Counted from the first letter of the stretch, positions 50,043 through 60,114 are shown. The stretch: DNA of 64,000 bases from Desulfurococcales archaeon (GCA_027022365.1 JALVYU010000031.1:288001-352000), one strand, 5' to 3'. Notes: a model not told the origin generated them from the sequence alone. Numbers and translations are program-made.

Positions 50043-51512
50043 TTACTCGTATTTTCTACTCGTCGGCAAACTGACAATTATGAACGCTATTGTCCCCGCT
50101 GCCAGGGCTGGGACTGCCGCGATGTAGATGCTGTCCCATATAGCCCAGTCCAGCTCGCCCTCTACAGCGATCGTGGCCGGCAGTGTCAGCAGTATTAGGG
50201 CAATCCATACCGTGAGGTTCACGGCTATGCTCGCATACGCCCCTTGTTTCGTCGCGCGTCTCCAGTAGAGCCCTAGTATGAAGGGTATTCCCTGTACCAT
50301 CAATATCAGCTCCCAGCTAAGATTCATTAGGAAGTATATCGTCTTGCCGTAGAAGGCTATCAGGAGGCTGATCACAGTTATGATCGGGACAAGTATCCTG
50401 CCCAGCAACAACTTGGTCTTCTCACTGGTTCCAGGCCTTATCTTCGGCAGTATATTGTTGACTATCATGGTAGAGGGGATGAGCATCGCGGAGTCAGCGC
50501 TGCTCATGAGGGCTGCGAGAAGGCCTATGCTGAAGATCACGAAGGGTATTGTCGGCAGAAGCTTTAGGCCGAGGGTTGGCAGGATCTCGTCGGGATTGGA
50601 TAGGTTGGGCACTATTAGGCGGCCGAAGATACCGATAGTAGCGGGCACTAGTCCCAGCAACACATAGGTTATCCCGGCGGCGATGCTTGAGTATTTGCTG
50701 ACCTTCTCGTTCTTGGCCGATAATGCCCTCTGGACCAGGTCCTGGCAGCTGAGGCTTCCTATTCCCTGGACAAGCCATGAAGAGATGTAGAAGCTCGCGC
50801 CCAGCAGGCCAACGTATCCCAGGTATCCCCAGTTGTTTTCGGGAAGTATTGAGAAGTCGCTTAACGGTATCTTTGACCCGACGACTCCTAGCCCGCCGGC
50901 AGCGCTGATAACGAAGGGGAGGAGTATGATTATCCCCGTGATAAGTAGCATTGACTGGAAGAAATCTGTTACGGCAACACTCCACATGCCGCCCAGCGTT
51001 GTATATGCTACCGTGACTATTGTTCCGAGCAGTAAACCGTACGTGTAGGGTAGGCCTAGGAACACCTTGAATATCGTCCCGAAGCTCAGCAGTAGGCTCG
51101 CCATCCATCCCATGTAGGCTATTGTCTGCACTACCGCGGAGGCCAGCTCCATCCCGCCGCCATACCTGTCCCTGAAGAAGTCGCTCACAGTCATGTATCC
51201 TTTACGCCTCAGTATCCCGGCGAAGAATAGGCCGAACAATATGATGCAGAGCCCGGCCCCGATGGGATCCATTATCACGCCGCGGTACCCGTAGCTGTAA
51301 GCCATGCTGGCACCGCCGAGGGCGAGTCCTGTGCCAAACCATGTTGCTAGTATAGTTCCATATGTTAAGAGGTAGCCGAGCCTCCTCCCGGCAACGATGT
51401 AGTCGGCTAATCCCTTCACTCTCCTTGATGCCCAGTAGCCTATGATTAGGGTGAAGACCATGTAGAGACCTATACCTATGAATGCTAGTCCGACCTTATC
51501 CATCACGTTCAC
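50043..51512 (-). CDS. Sodium:solute symporter (SSS) family
   Basis: DYIVAGRRL, YTTLGGMWSVAVTD, QDLVQRALSAK, AALMSSADS. Confidence 0.92.
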   Translation of the reverse strand: MNVMDKVGLAFIGIGLYMVFTLIIGYWASRRVKGLADYIVAGRRLGYLLTYGTILATWFGTGLALGGASMAYSYGYRGVIMDPIGAGLCIILFGLFFAGILRRKGYMTVSDFFRDRYGGGMELASAVVQTIAYMGWMASLLLSFGTIFKVFLGLPYTYGLLLGTIVTVAYTTLGGMWSVAVTDFFQSMLLITGIIILLPFVISAAGGLGVVGSKIPLSDFSILPENNWGYLGYVGLLGASFYISSWLVQGIGSLSCQDLVQRALSAKNEKVSKYSSIAAGITYVLLGLVPATIGIFGRLIVPNLSNPDEILPTLGLKLLPTIPFVIFSIGLLAALMSSADSAMLIPSTMIVNNILPKIRPGTSEKTKLLLGRILVPIITVISLLIAFYGKTIYFLMNLSWELILMVQGIPFILGLYWRRATKQGAYASIAVNLTVWIALILLTLPATIAVEGELDWAIWDSIYIAAVPALAAGTIAFIIVSLPTSRKYE

Positions 51513-52858
51513 CTCCCGGTCAAGCGTTCGAGGCGTGCATCGATGCTTTTCTTGTGGAAGAAAAACCCTTCGATACCGGCTAGTACCGACGCGTCACGGC
51601 CTGTTATCTCTAGGCCGCGGGGCTCGACGTACTGGATATCTATTATCTTGATGTAGTCGAGGACGCTGAGGCCGCTCCTAGACCTTGCGGCGCCACCGGT
51701 TGGGAGCACATGGTTTGACCCGAGGCTATAATCTCCCAGTGCTGCCCCCGAGTATTCGCCGATAAACACTGTTCCTGCGGAGCTTATCTTCTCCAATACA
51801 ATGCTTGTGTTCTCGGGTCTCGTAATGACTTCCAGGTGCTCGGGAGCATACTGATTTGCAAACCGTATTGCTTCGTCGAGACCATCCGCTACGAGTATCC
51901 CTCCATACAATGACATGCTCTCTGCAGCTGTCTCACGTGCTTTATCAGGCGCCTTGTCCAGCCATGATATGATCTCGTCCCTAACACGGTAGGCTTGTTC
52001 CTCTGAAGCCGTCACGAGTATTGAGGACGAGAGCACTCCGTGCTCGGCCTGGGCCAGTAGGTCGAGGGCTATAAGGCCCGGATCACCGGACCCGTCGCTC
52101 AGAACCATTATCTCCGAGGGCCCCGCCAGCATGTCTATGCCTGTCCTAGTGGAGGCCAGGAATTTGCCCGCCGTGAACCAGGGTCCTCCGGGCCCCACGA
52201 TCTTGTCTACGCGCTCCACGGTCTCCGTGCCACACGCCATTGCGGCTGCCGCTTGCACTCCGCCTAACCTATAGATCTTGTCCGCACCGGCGATAACTGA
52301 TGCAACTATTATTGATGGATCGATTCCGGGGTCGCCTCTGCCCCTGGGCGGGGAGGCGGCGAATATGTTTCTGCAGCCCGCGACTCTTCCGGGCACTATG
52401 GTCATCAGGGCTGTTGATGGATACGGGTAGAGTCCGCCCGGTATATATGCTCCGACCTTCTCGACAGGCCTCACGATCTGGCCGACATATACTCCGGGCT
52501 CGACGCGGTAGATCCACGTATCCCTGAGCCCTTCCAGGATCTTCTGGTTGAAGCGCCTTATCCTATCAGCGATCCTTTCGAGAGAGCCCCTTAGCTCGCT
52601 GGGCACCTTCTTAAAGGCGTCCCTGACCTCATAGTCGAGGATCTCGATAGGAGTATCTCTTGGGATACCGTAGAATTCCTGGTAGAAATCCCTTATGGCT
52701 TCGTCTCCGCGGCGGCAAACATCCCTGAATAATACTTCTGCTCTCTTTACCTGTTCCTCTCCTAGGCGCCAGCGGCTCAGGATCTTCTCTGCGTCTTCAC
52801 GGCGTAGACGGGCTATCCGCTCTAGCCTTATATTGTATTTTCTCGTGAACGGACACAC
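51509..52858 (-). CDS. hisD: Histidinol dehydrogenase (family)
   Basis: GAYIPGG, IDMLAGPSE, LAQAEH, YAPEHLE, GDYSLGSNHVLPT. Confidence 0.88.
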   Translation of the reverse strand: MCPFTRKYNIRLERIARLRREDAEKILSRWRLGEEQVKRAEVLFRDVCRRGDEAIRDFYQEFYGIPRDTPIEILDYEVRDAFKKVPSELRGSLERIADRIRRFNQKILEGLRDTWIYRVEPGVYVGQIVRPVEKVGAYIPGGLYPYPSTALMTIVPGRVAGCRNIFAASPPRGRGDPGIDPSIIVASVIAGADKIYRLGGVQAAAAMACGTETVERVDKIVGPGGPWFTAGKFLASTRTGIDMLAGPSEIMVLSDGSGDPGLIALDLLAQAEHGVLSSSILVTASEEQAYRVRDEIISWLDKAPDKARETAAESMSLYGGILVADGLDEAIRFANQYAPEHLEVITRPENTSIVLEKISSAGTVFIGEYSGAALGDYSLGSNHVLPTGGAARSRSGLSVLDYIKIIDIQYVEPRGLEITGRDASVLAGIEGFFFHKKSIDARLERLTGR

Positions 52859-52909
52859 CTCTACACCCCGAGAAACGCGTTATTCTTAGTGTTAGGACTG
52901 TTGTAGCCT

Positions 52910-53000
52910 GGAGCGAGGCCTATAATGGTATAGGATTGACTATCGGAGACGATATATCCGGTCTCTAGGTATGGGTGTATGAACCATGACACCTCGCACC
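52910..53000 (-). promoter_or_regulatory. Candidate structured leader with a 15-codon uORF upstream of hisD
   Basis: Closing stem enclosing three short hairpins; uORF 52987-52940 (MVHTPIPRDRIYRLR) after GAGGTG. Confidence 0.35.
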
Positions 53001-53158
53001 TCTGGAGAGGAGAAATGCTTTGGAACAGCATTATACGTTGTGTGTTCTAGATGGAACTCGCCGCGAGTGTTTCTCCGACGTGGCCGGTGTTTACCGGATC
53101 TCGACGTAGGTGTGGATTAGGAAAAACACTGTTTTCAGCTCATTGTGGGGGAGGAAAA

Positions 53159-54427
53159 CTATTTTTCAGCGTACCTTCTTATCTGGATCCTATAGATCGT
53201 TGCTCCGGCTACGAATATTGCGATCGCCGCCACCACGGACTTAACGAACAAGGGCAGTATGTCGGGTAATCCGTACTGGTATACAACGATATCCCTTATA
53301 CCGTCTATTGCCCAGGTGAACGGGAAGTTCTCCGCAAAGATCCTCATCCACCCCGGGAGCCATTCTTTCGGGAACCATATCCCTGCCGTGAAGGTGAATA
53401 GCAGTCCCAGGGCGGTCGATAGGCTCGAAGCCCCCTTACTGGTTCTCGAGGCGAGTGATAGGACTAGACCCATACCTATCGACATAATGGCGGCTGCCAG
53501 CATGAATACTGGTACGAGCCAGTCGACAGGGTTTAATGGGCTCCAGTAGATCCGGGCACCGGCAACTCCTATTCCCACGAACAACGCTATAAGCGCTGAT
53601 ACCACTAGGACAATTATACCGCCCAGCGTCTTGCCTATTAGGAGCTCCGGGCCGCTCGAGGGGCTTGCCAGCAGCCTCTTTAGTGTTCCAAGCTCTTTCT
53701 CCCTCACAATCATCGCAGAGCCGATCAATAGGCCCGTGTACAGGAACATCATACCTATAGCTCCAAGGGTATACCATCCTATAATAGCTGGCCTAGACCC
53801 CACCGATTCGGGTACTACTTCCTCCACCGAGGCATTAATGGGGAAGGCGATACCGATCAGATACTGCTTTATCCTGTCCAAAGACATCGTAGCATTGGCT
53901 GTTGGCATATATTTCGAGATATAGGCTAGGCTAACATTGATCTTAACGCTTGAAAGCCTACGGGAAACTCCCTGGAGGAATCCCGTGATTATTCCCTCAT
54001 AGATCTGCTTCGTGGATGGATTATCAGCTCTTATAAGCACGATCAGCCTGCCGGTGCCGTATGTCGCGTTCACGCCGAACCCGTCGGGTATAATGATGCC
54101 TGCGTCGAGCCTCCCCTTGAGGAGGAGTTCTTTGAGACGCACCGAGTCATTTATCATCTCGACGTTGAACAAGTGCTTACCATTGATCATCGTGTTGTTC
54201 ATGAGGTCTACGAGATAAGTACCGTTAAAAGGCGCCACGCTATGATCATTGTTCACCACACCAACGCTTAGAGTAATTACATGTCCGGCTCCAGGCGGCA
54301 CGAACACGTAGGCCGTCATCAAGATCCATATAATCGGCCATGCCACCACCCAGAACAGCGCCGCCTTATCTCTAAACATGGTTTTTACATCGCGTACAAT
54401 AAAGGCTTTAACAGCACGCCAATTCAT
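53159..54427 (-). CDS. ABC-2 exporter permease
   Basis: REKELGTLKRLLASP, GIWFPKEWLP. Confidence 0.88.
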   Translation of the reverse strand: MNWRAVKAFIVRDVKTMFRDKAALFWVVAWPIIWILMTAYVFVPPGAGHVITLSVGVVNNDHSVAPFNGTYLVDLMNNTMINGKHLFNVEMINDSVRLKELLLKGRLDAGIIIPDGFGVNATYGTGRLIVLIRADNPSTKQIYEGIITGFLQGVSRRLSSVKINVSLAYISKYMPTANATMSLDRIKQYLIGIAFPINASVEEVVPESVGSRPAIIGWYTLGAIGMMFLYTGLLIGSAMIVREKELGTLKRLLASPSSGPELLIGKTLGGIIVLVVSALIALFVGIGVAGARIYWSPLNPVDWLVPVFMLAAAIMSIGMGLVLSLASRTSKGASSLSTALGLLFTFTAGIWFPKEWLPGWMRIFAENFPFTWAIDGIRDIVVYQYGLPDILPLFVKSVVAAIAIFVAGATIYRIQIRRYAEK

Positions 54428-55362
54428 CCCTCCAGCCTCCTACCCGTTAGTTTGAGGAACACGTCCTCGAGATCGGGCTTGAGCACCCTTAGAACACTTA
54501 TGCTGAGACCCAACTCGTAGGCGGTGCTCGTGATCTCTGGTACGAGCTGGTCTGGATCCCTACAATGTATCCTCAGGGTCTCCGCACCAGTCTTATTAAC
54601 TTGTAGCCCGAGGTTTCCCGCCAGGTACGACTCGAGCTTCTCAGCCATGCTTTGTTCTCTAAGAACCACTTCTATAACGGCCGGCGGCCCATACCTTGAT
54701 TTCAGCTCCTCCGGCGACCCGGAAACTATTATGCGGCCCTTATCCATGATGGCTACTTCGTCGCTGAGCTTATCGGCCTCCTCCATGTAATGGGTCGCCA
54801 GAATAACTGTTTTACCGCTTCTCCTCAGATCCATTATGAGCCCCCAGACGCTCTTCCTGATACCCGGGTCTAGGCCTGTTGTCGGCTCATCGAGAACTAT
54901 CAGCTCCGGATCATGGATGAGAGCCGCTACAATGCTTAGCCTCTGCCTCAACCCACCACTATATGTCCTGACAGGCTTGTCTAAGTAACCAGTGATCCCT
55001 AGCTTCTCCGCGAGCTCCCTGATCCTATCCCTGGCATCACGGGGGCTCACACCATATATTCCGGCGTAGAAGAAGAGATTCTCCCACCCGGTCAGGTTTG
55101 GATGTAATCCGTGTTCTTGGGGCTGGAAGCCTATCCTTGCCCTGATCCCCGGGCTCAACGGTGATCCGCCCAAGACCATCACTTTGCCCTTATCCGGCTT
55201 CGAGACCCCAACTATTATTGATATGAGTGTCGACTTGCCAGCCCCGTTAGGTCCGAGTAAACCGTATACGCATCCCACAGGAACCCTAAGACTTACGTCG
55301 TCGAGAGCCCTGACGCTATTATATGTTTTCACAATGTCTTCAGCGATGACCGCATAATCCAT
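54424..55362 (-). CDS. ABC exporter ATP-binding protein
   Basis: GPNGAGKST, YSGGLRQR, LDEPT, THYMEEA. Confidence 0.93.
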   Translation of the reverse strand: MDYAVIAEDIVKTYNSVRALDDVSLRVPVGCVYGLLGPNGAGKSTLISIIVGVSKPDKGKVMVLGGSPLSPGIRARIGFQPQEHGLHPNLTGWENLFFYAGIYGVSPRDARDRIRELAEKLGITGYLDKPVRTYSGGLRQRLSIVAALIHDPELIVLDEPTTGLDPGIRKSVWGLIMDLRRSGKTVILATHYMEEADKLSDEVAIMDKGRIIVSGSPEELKSRYGPPAVIEVVLREQSMAEKLESYLAGNLGLQVNKTGAETLRIHCRDPDQLVPEITSTAYELGLSISVLRVLKPDLEDVFLKLTGRRLEG

Positions 55363-55529
55363 CTTCGACGCCTCACAGCATGATTAGATGTTTTGTCAAA
55401 ACCATATTATATGATATTATTTAAAAACAATTATCGGTTTTCTGAATAGCAGAACAAATAGCCCGTTACCTACGGGTTACAAAGAATAGTAACCATTGAC
55501 ATTAATACTCCTAACACATATAATACCTT

Positions 55530-56708
55530 GTGGAAACCGAGACAATACGTTCTTCTATATACATGGTTGAGGCTGATGAGATGAGGGAAAACCATGCAGG
55601 ATCGGCTCTGAGAATAGGTGACTGGATCTTAGGCATAGCTAGGGAGAGCCGCCCGAAAGAACTAATGGTTGAGGTTACAACTTCTTGTAATTACCAGTGC
55701 ATTTATTGTTTCAGAAACAATATCATAGGAGAAAAACTAACCCACATGATGACTCCTGAGACATTCATGAAAGTAGTCGAGAACGCGCTGGAGGCCGGTG
55801 TAGAGAAGATAAGCTTCTCAGGATGGGGCGAACCCCTGGTCAACCCGCATATCATAGAGTTTATCAGGACAGCGAAGGAGAAGGGTCTCAGGGTTCTTCT
55901 GAACACCAATGGATACTACTTGGACAAGTACCTCGACGACATATATCGTCTTGGAGTAGATGAGCTCGTCGTCAGCATGGACAGTGATGAAGACGATGTA
56001 TACAGGCTGTTGAGACGTGGAGGGGATCTCGGAAGAATCGTTGATGCTCTTCTCAGGCTCAAAAAATACAGGGTAAGGGATACGAGGCGTTCACCGGATC
56101 TATGGATAAACTTCACCCTGACAAAATACAACTACAAAAACATAGTTCCGATGATAAAGCTAGCCGAGAAACTCGGGGCCAGAATGCTGGTCGTATCAAA
56201 CATGATACCGCTATCAAAAGAAATGGAAGAGATCACCTGCTACAGCAACGAGGACTGTGCCGAAACAATAGAGAAGCTCAAAACAATGCTTGCAACACTG
56301 AGTCTAACACACAATGTCGTGATAAGTCTTCCGGACATAAGGCTGAGAACCGAGAGGCGTTGTCCGTTCGCGGCGGATAAGGCCCTATATATAAGATGGG
56401 ATGGCAAGGTAGCACCCTGCATATACTATGCTCATCACTGGAGAAACTACTTCATGGGGATAGAGAGGGAGATATACCCAGTAATACTCGGAGACCTGAA
56501 GAAGGATAGACTCATCGACATATGGAGATCACCCAAGTACCTACGGCTAAGATTCATGACGGAGTTCAGCCACATGCCTAGCTGCCTCGACTGCCCGGTC
56601 AGAGACTACTGTATCCTAACAAGAGACAACAAGGCGGACTGCTGGGGCAACACACCCACATGTGCTCACTGCCCCTACAGCAGGAACATGACCAGATGCC
56701 CATTATAA
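55530..56708 (+). CDS. Radical SAM/SPASM protein, tungsten-cofactor oxidoreductase maturase (Cmo-like)
   Basis: CNYQCIYC, GWGEP, RWDGKVAPC and Cys-rich tail PSCLDC...DCWGNTPTCAHCPY...CPL. Confidence 0.82.
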   Translation: METETIRSSIYMVEADEMRENHAGSALRIGDWILGIARESRPKELMVEVTTSCNYQCIYCFRNNIIGEKLTHMMTPETFMKVVENALEAGVEKISFSGWGEPLVNPHIIEFIRTAKEKGLRVLLNTNGYYLDKYLDDIYRLGVDELVVSMDSDEDDVYRLLRRGGDLGRIVDALLRLKKYRVRDTRRSPDLWINFTLTKYNYKNIVPMIKLAEKLGARMLVVSNMIPLSKEMEEITCYSNEDCAETIEKLKTMLATLSLTHNVVISLPDIRLRTERRCPFAADKALYIRWDGKVAPCIYYAHHWRNYFMGIEREIYPVILGDLKKDRLIDIWRSPKYLRLRFMTEFSHMPSCLDCPVRDYCILTRDNKADCWGNTPTCAHCPYSRNMTRCPL

Positions 56709-57050
56709 GGAGAAATATAGCTTGTTTGCGTAGCTTAATCGCTTTCCTCCCTCAATACAATATAAACAACCACAGCTATCATCATGAATGAAGAACTCCG
56801 AGGATCATCAGTCTGTGTTAAAATCTTGAAATAGCCGTCTATAGAATACAATACTTCATTAAGGAAAACGTTCTCGTGCCAATATTGAAAATATAACAGC
56901 ATATCCCTATAGGCTACATGCTTTAGAAGCATAACAAAGCATAATTTTTAGTATACTCGGTTATCTCATATACGTACAATGCTCATAGAATTATTGGTTA
57001 AAGATCCATAGGGTTTTATCACATAGATGTTCATATGATAAAATGGATTG

Positions 57051-57129
57051 AACGAGGCAAGATATGATGAAATACCTTATAAAAATTATTTATGTTGTAC
57101 CTTTTGTACTTCATCATATCTTGCCCGTT
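57051..57129. repeat. Long inverted repeat (16-bp perfect core)
   Basis: GGCAAGATATGATGAA (57056-57071) and TTCATCATATCTTGCC (57110-57125), 38-nt spacer, extendable with AACG/CGTT. Confidence 0.9.
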
Positions 57130-57209
57130 TATGCCTAATGTTTTTCATAGTCGATCGTAATTGAGTGATTGCATATATATCGGCATTTAAGCGAACATCA
57201 TAATATATT

Positions 57210-57671
57210 ATGAACTTGATATGGATATATAATACTTTGATTATCTACTATGTATGGAATTATTATAGTACCATAAGGGTGAATAATAGTTTGTCCGAAG
57301 AGGAGAGATGCCTTGAAATAATTCTTCACATAGATAGGCAGAGGAAAATCTCTACTGTTATTGGGTCATTAAATGCTATATTATTCAGTGTAATACTCTT
57401 ATTCGCATTACTGATTATGCTAATTGCTAATCCTCTGATCAACGGTTTTGGGCTAGTCGGCGTAATATTAGGCTTAGCATTATACGTTATTGTATTATTC
57501 GTAATAAAGTACTCCAGTACGAAACGAGAACTAGATTTGGAGGGTCCTTTACAGCGATACTGTTTATCAGAGAACATTCCTGAAGAACTAAGGAAAATAG
57601 CTCAGAGTTTATTGGAGGAGAGAAGGAAACCTGAAATCTCCATGAGAGGGGAGAATATCTACAATAAATAG
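57210..57671 (+). CDS. Hypothetical membrane protein (2 TM), AT-rich; true start may be further downstream
   Basis: 153-aa ORF with two TM helices and a charged tail. Confidence 0.6.
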   Translation: MNLIWIYNTLIIYYVWNYYSTIRVNNSLSEEERCLEIILHIDRQRKISTVIGSLNAILFSVILLFALLIMLIANPLINGFGLVGVILGLALYVIVLFVIKYSSTKRELDLEGPLQRYCLSENIPEELRKIAQSLLEERRKPEISMRGENIYNK

Positions 57672-57810
57672 GAGATAAATTTGGTTATTGTTGGGGATAT
57701 ATAATTTTTCATATATTTTTAAACATTATTAACTACTTTTCAAGAGTACGAAACGTTATTGTCGAATATTGATATCCTATTACGGAAAACTGATTATACT
57801 GGTGATATAC

Positions 57811-60114
57811 TTGCGTAGTGTATCCACTATTGTTGCTGTCGTCATTATTGTCGGTATAACAATGGCTATCACTGTAGCAGTTGCGCTTTGGTTATCAGGA
57901 GTAATTACTTCGAACAGTTATGGGACAGGAGTAACTAAGCTCACCATACTTGATCTAGAATCTTATGGTAGATTAACAAAGATCATTGTATGGAATTCTG
58001 GAAGTACTACGGCTTCCATAAACGGTGTCTATATTGATGAAAAGCCTGTTAGGGTCAGGGTTGCATATAATGCCAAAGACAAATCCGAGTACAGGATATA
58101 TATTAATAGGACCATCGGTGATGAACCATTTACGATCAAGCCTGGAGACACAGTTGATCTCTGGGTTGTAACAAATAAGCCGTTGGAGCCCGGCGTCCTT
58201 TATAACGTAAAGATTACTTTATCAAATGGAGAATCATTTATGATGCCCCTTAGGGTTTCTAGAGCAGTTTCTGAGAATATTCATGAAGTGGGTCTAGCAT
58301 GTTTCGTGGATCCAGCACCAAAATATGATCCTCCTATAAGATTATGGCTCAACTGGAGCGGCTCTGTTGCGATCTATATTAATGGCAAACAAACATATAG
58401 TTCATTGACGAGTGGGCCTACGACGCTCTACCCCAATGACTACGTATCAACAAGAATTCTAAAACCGGGTTTGAATATACTAGCTGTCGAATATAATTCT
58501 TCGACTACGACATATATAGATCTATCACTATATGTTCAAAGGTTCCTCATAAATGGTGTGAAGTCGTGGACGAACTTGTTTAGAAATAATGGGATCTGGA
58601 AAACATTCAATTCTACGAACCCTCCATCTCCGGATTCAAGAGGTAATCAATGGTATTCACCACAATATAATGATACTTCGTGGAAGACTATTCAAGCTCC
58701 TGCAGGCACTACAGGCTACTACGCGACTTACTCGTACGTTCCAAACGGCTATACAGAGTACTACCGTGCAGTAATTCCTGTCCCGTCAAAAATAGATGGT
58801 GTGCCCGTGACAAGTATAGTCAATGCTACTATTAGGGTTGCGTCAGACGATAATTCTACAGTTTATCTTAACGGTGTTAAGGTATATAGTGATACAAGCT
58901 ATCATGGATACAATTATTGGAACTACGTATATACCATAAGTGATACTACTAAATATAGTTTAGCTGTAGGCGGTAAAGCTGTTCTGGCCATAGCTGTATA
59001 TAATGATATTGGAGACTACTATTTTGACGTTGAGATACAGTTCAGGCTAAAGCTGGCAAATGGTAATGTTGTGTCCTATATATGGCCTAACAGAATATTA
59101 ATTAAATACAAGATATTATCTCAAGGGCAACAAGTACCGAACGGATGGTATTTGCCAGACTTTGATGATAGTTCTTGGAGTACGGGATATCTTCCCATGG
59201 GCTATACAGTTGATACTTCTGCAGGCCTTGTTTACAATACGATTGACTCCTCAACAGGATTAACAGCTTCTCGTATTCTTATCAGGATTCACATGGATCT
59301 AGGATCAAACAATATGCCCGTAGCTCTCGACAATGAAGAATACTATAATGCAAATTACACAGGTTACAATGGGTATCTCGTGTTATTTGACGTCGTAGAC
59401 TGGAAGTTCAAGTACTATAAGCTATATAACCCAACAGGTGATCCGAGGCGCACAAGTCAGTACATAGTTATTGGTGCAGGAGGCGTTGAAGGCAGCCTGT
59501 CCGACGTATTTAATGGTATTGTCAAACCCATATACTCAGGCAACCCCTATCTCTTGCTGGGAACCATTAGTGCTGAGGCCTCAAGATACAATAGTCCTCC
59601 AACTTCTCCAATAATACTTTATGTTAACCCCTATTCTAGTACTGAAAGGAACTTTACTTGGACAAGCCTAAATACATCGTATATTGATAGGTTCATCTTG
59701 ATCAAGGAACCTGAAGCTGTTCCAGGCCTAGATATTATAGTGTTATGGGAAGATATGTGGAAGTCCCCCACATGGACTGATGATACGGATCAGCATAGCT
59801 GGGTTGATGAAGCGCTGAGAATAACTTGGCTCGAGAATGGAAGCATCCTTATTGGTGTGTACAGGGCTAGCGGAGACTGGTTGCATGCAGTAATAATTGC
59901 TGGTAAACTAGCATACTTTAAACCACACTATGATGAATATGGCACAAATACTTCACAGCCATGGACGGCACTAGATGATCTCAATGGCGATGGTAAAATT
60001 ACACCAACAGAGCAGGTGCACTGGGAAATAGGATATGATCCGATAACTGGTACTATTACACAGTACAGGGCGCCATCGGGTGCAGTTGTAACAATATGGA
60101 AAATAACACCCTAG
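57811..60114 (+). CDS. Archaeal type IV pilin/archaellin-like surface protein with lectin-like jelly-roll domains; ORF open from 57769
   Basis: (M)RS|VSTIVAVVIIVGITMAITVAVALWLSG class III signal after a GGTGA SD; WYSPQYNDTSW and WYLPDFDDSSW; SDDNSTVYLNG; many N-x-S/T sequons. Confidence 0.8.
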   Translation: MRSVSTIVAVVIIVGITMAITVAVALWLSGVITSNSYGTGVTKLTILDLESYGRLTKIIVWNSGSTTASINGVYIDEKPVRVRVAYNAKDKSEYRIYINRTIGDEPFTIKPGDTVDLWVVTNKPLEPGVLYNVKITLSNGESFMMPLRVSRAVSENIHEVGLACFVDPAPKYDPPIRLWLNWSGSVAIYINGKQTYSSLTSGPTTLYPNDYVSTRILKPGLNILAVEYNSSTTTYIDLSLYVQRFLINGVKSWTNLFRNNGIWKTFNSTNPPSPDSRGNQWYSPQYNDTSWKTIQAPAGTTGYYATYSYVPNGYTEYYRAVIPVPSKIDGVPVTSIVNATIRVASDDNSTVYLNGVKVYSDTSYHGYNYWNYVYTISDTTKYSLAVGGKAVLAIAVYNDIGDYYFDVEIQFRLKLANGNVVSYIWPNRILIKYKILSQGQQVPNGWYLPDFDDSSWSTGYLPMGYTVDTSAGLVYNTIDSSTGLTASRILIRIHMDLGSNNMPVALDNEEYYNANYTGYNGYLVLFDVVDWKFKYYKLYNPTGDPRRTSQYIVIGAGGVEGSLSDVFNGIVKPIYSGNPYLLLGTISAEASRYNSPPTSPIILYVNPYSSTERNFTWTSLNTSYIDRFILIKEPEAVPGLDIIVLWEDMWKSPTWTDDTDQHSWVDEALRITWLENGSILIGVYRASGDWLHAVIIAGKLAYFKPHYDEYGTNTSQPWTALDDLNGDGKITPTEQVHWEIGYDPITGTITQYRAPSGAVVTIWKITP

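Noticed and set aside
52900-53005. AGAGGTGCG on the minus strand resembles the start of a lysine riboswitch
   Set aside because: The loop-E AGUA/GAA elements and 3' GGAG-N-GCUA closure are not found, and the element is too short
53045-53120. GATGGAACTCGCC resembles the 5' part of a fluoride riboswitch
   Set aside because: No CTRATGAC 3' element, and no downstream gene on that strand
56735-56932. 65-aa minus-strand ORF in the AT-rich islet
   Set aside because: No SD or motif; cannot be distinguished from chance
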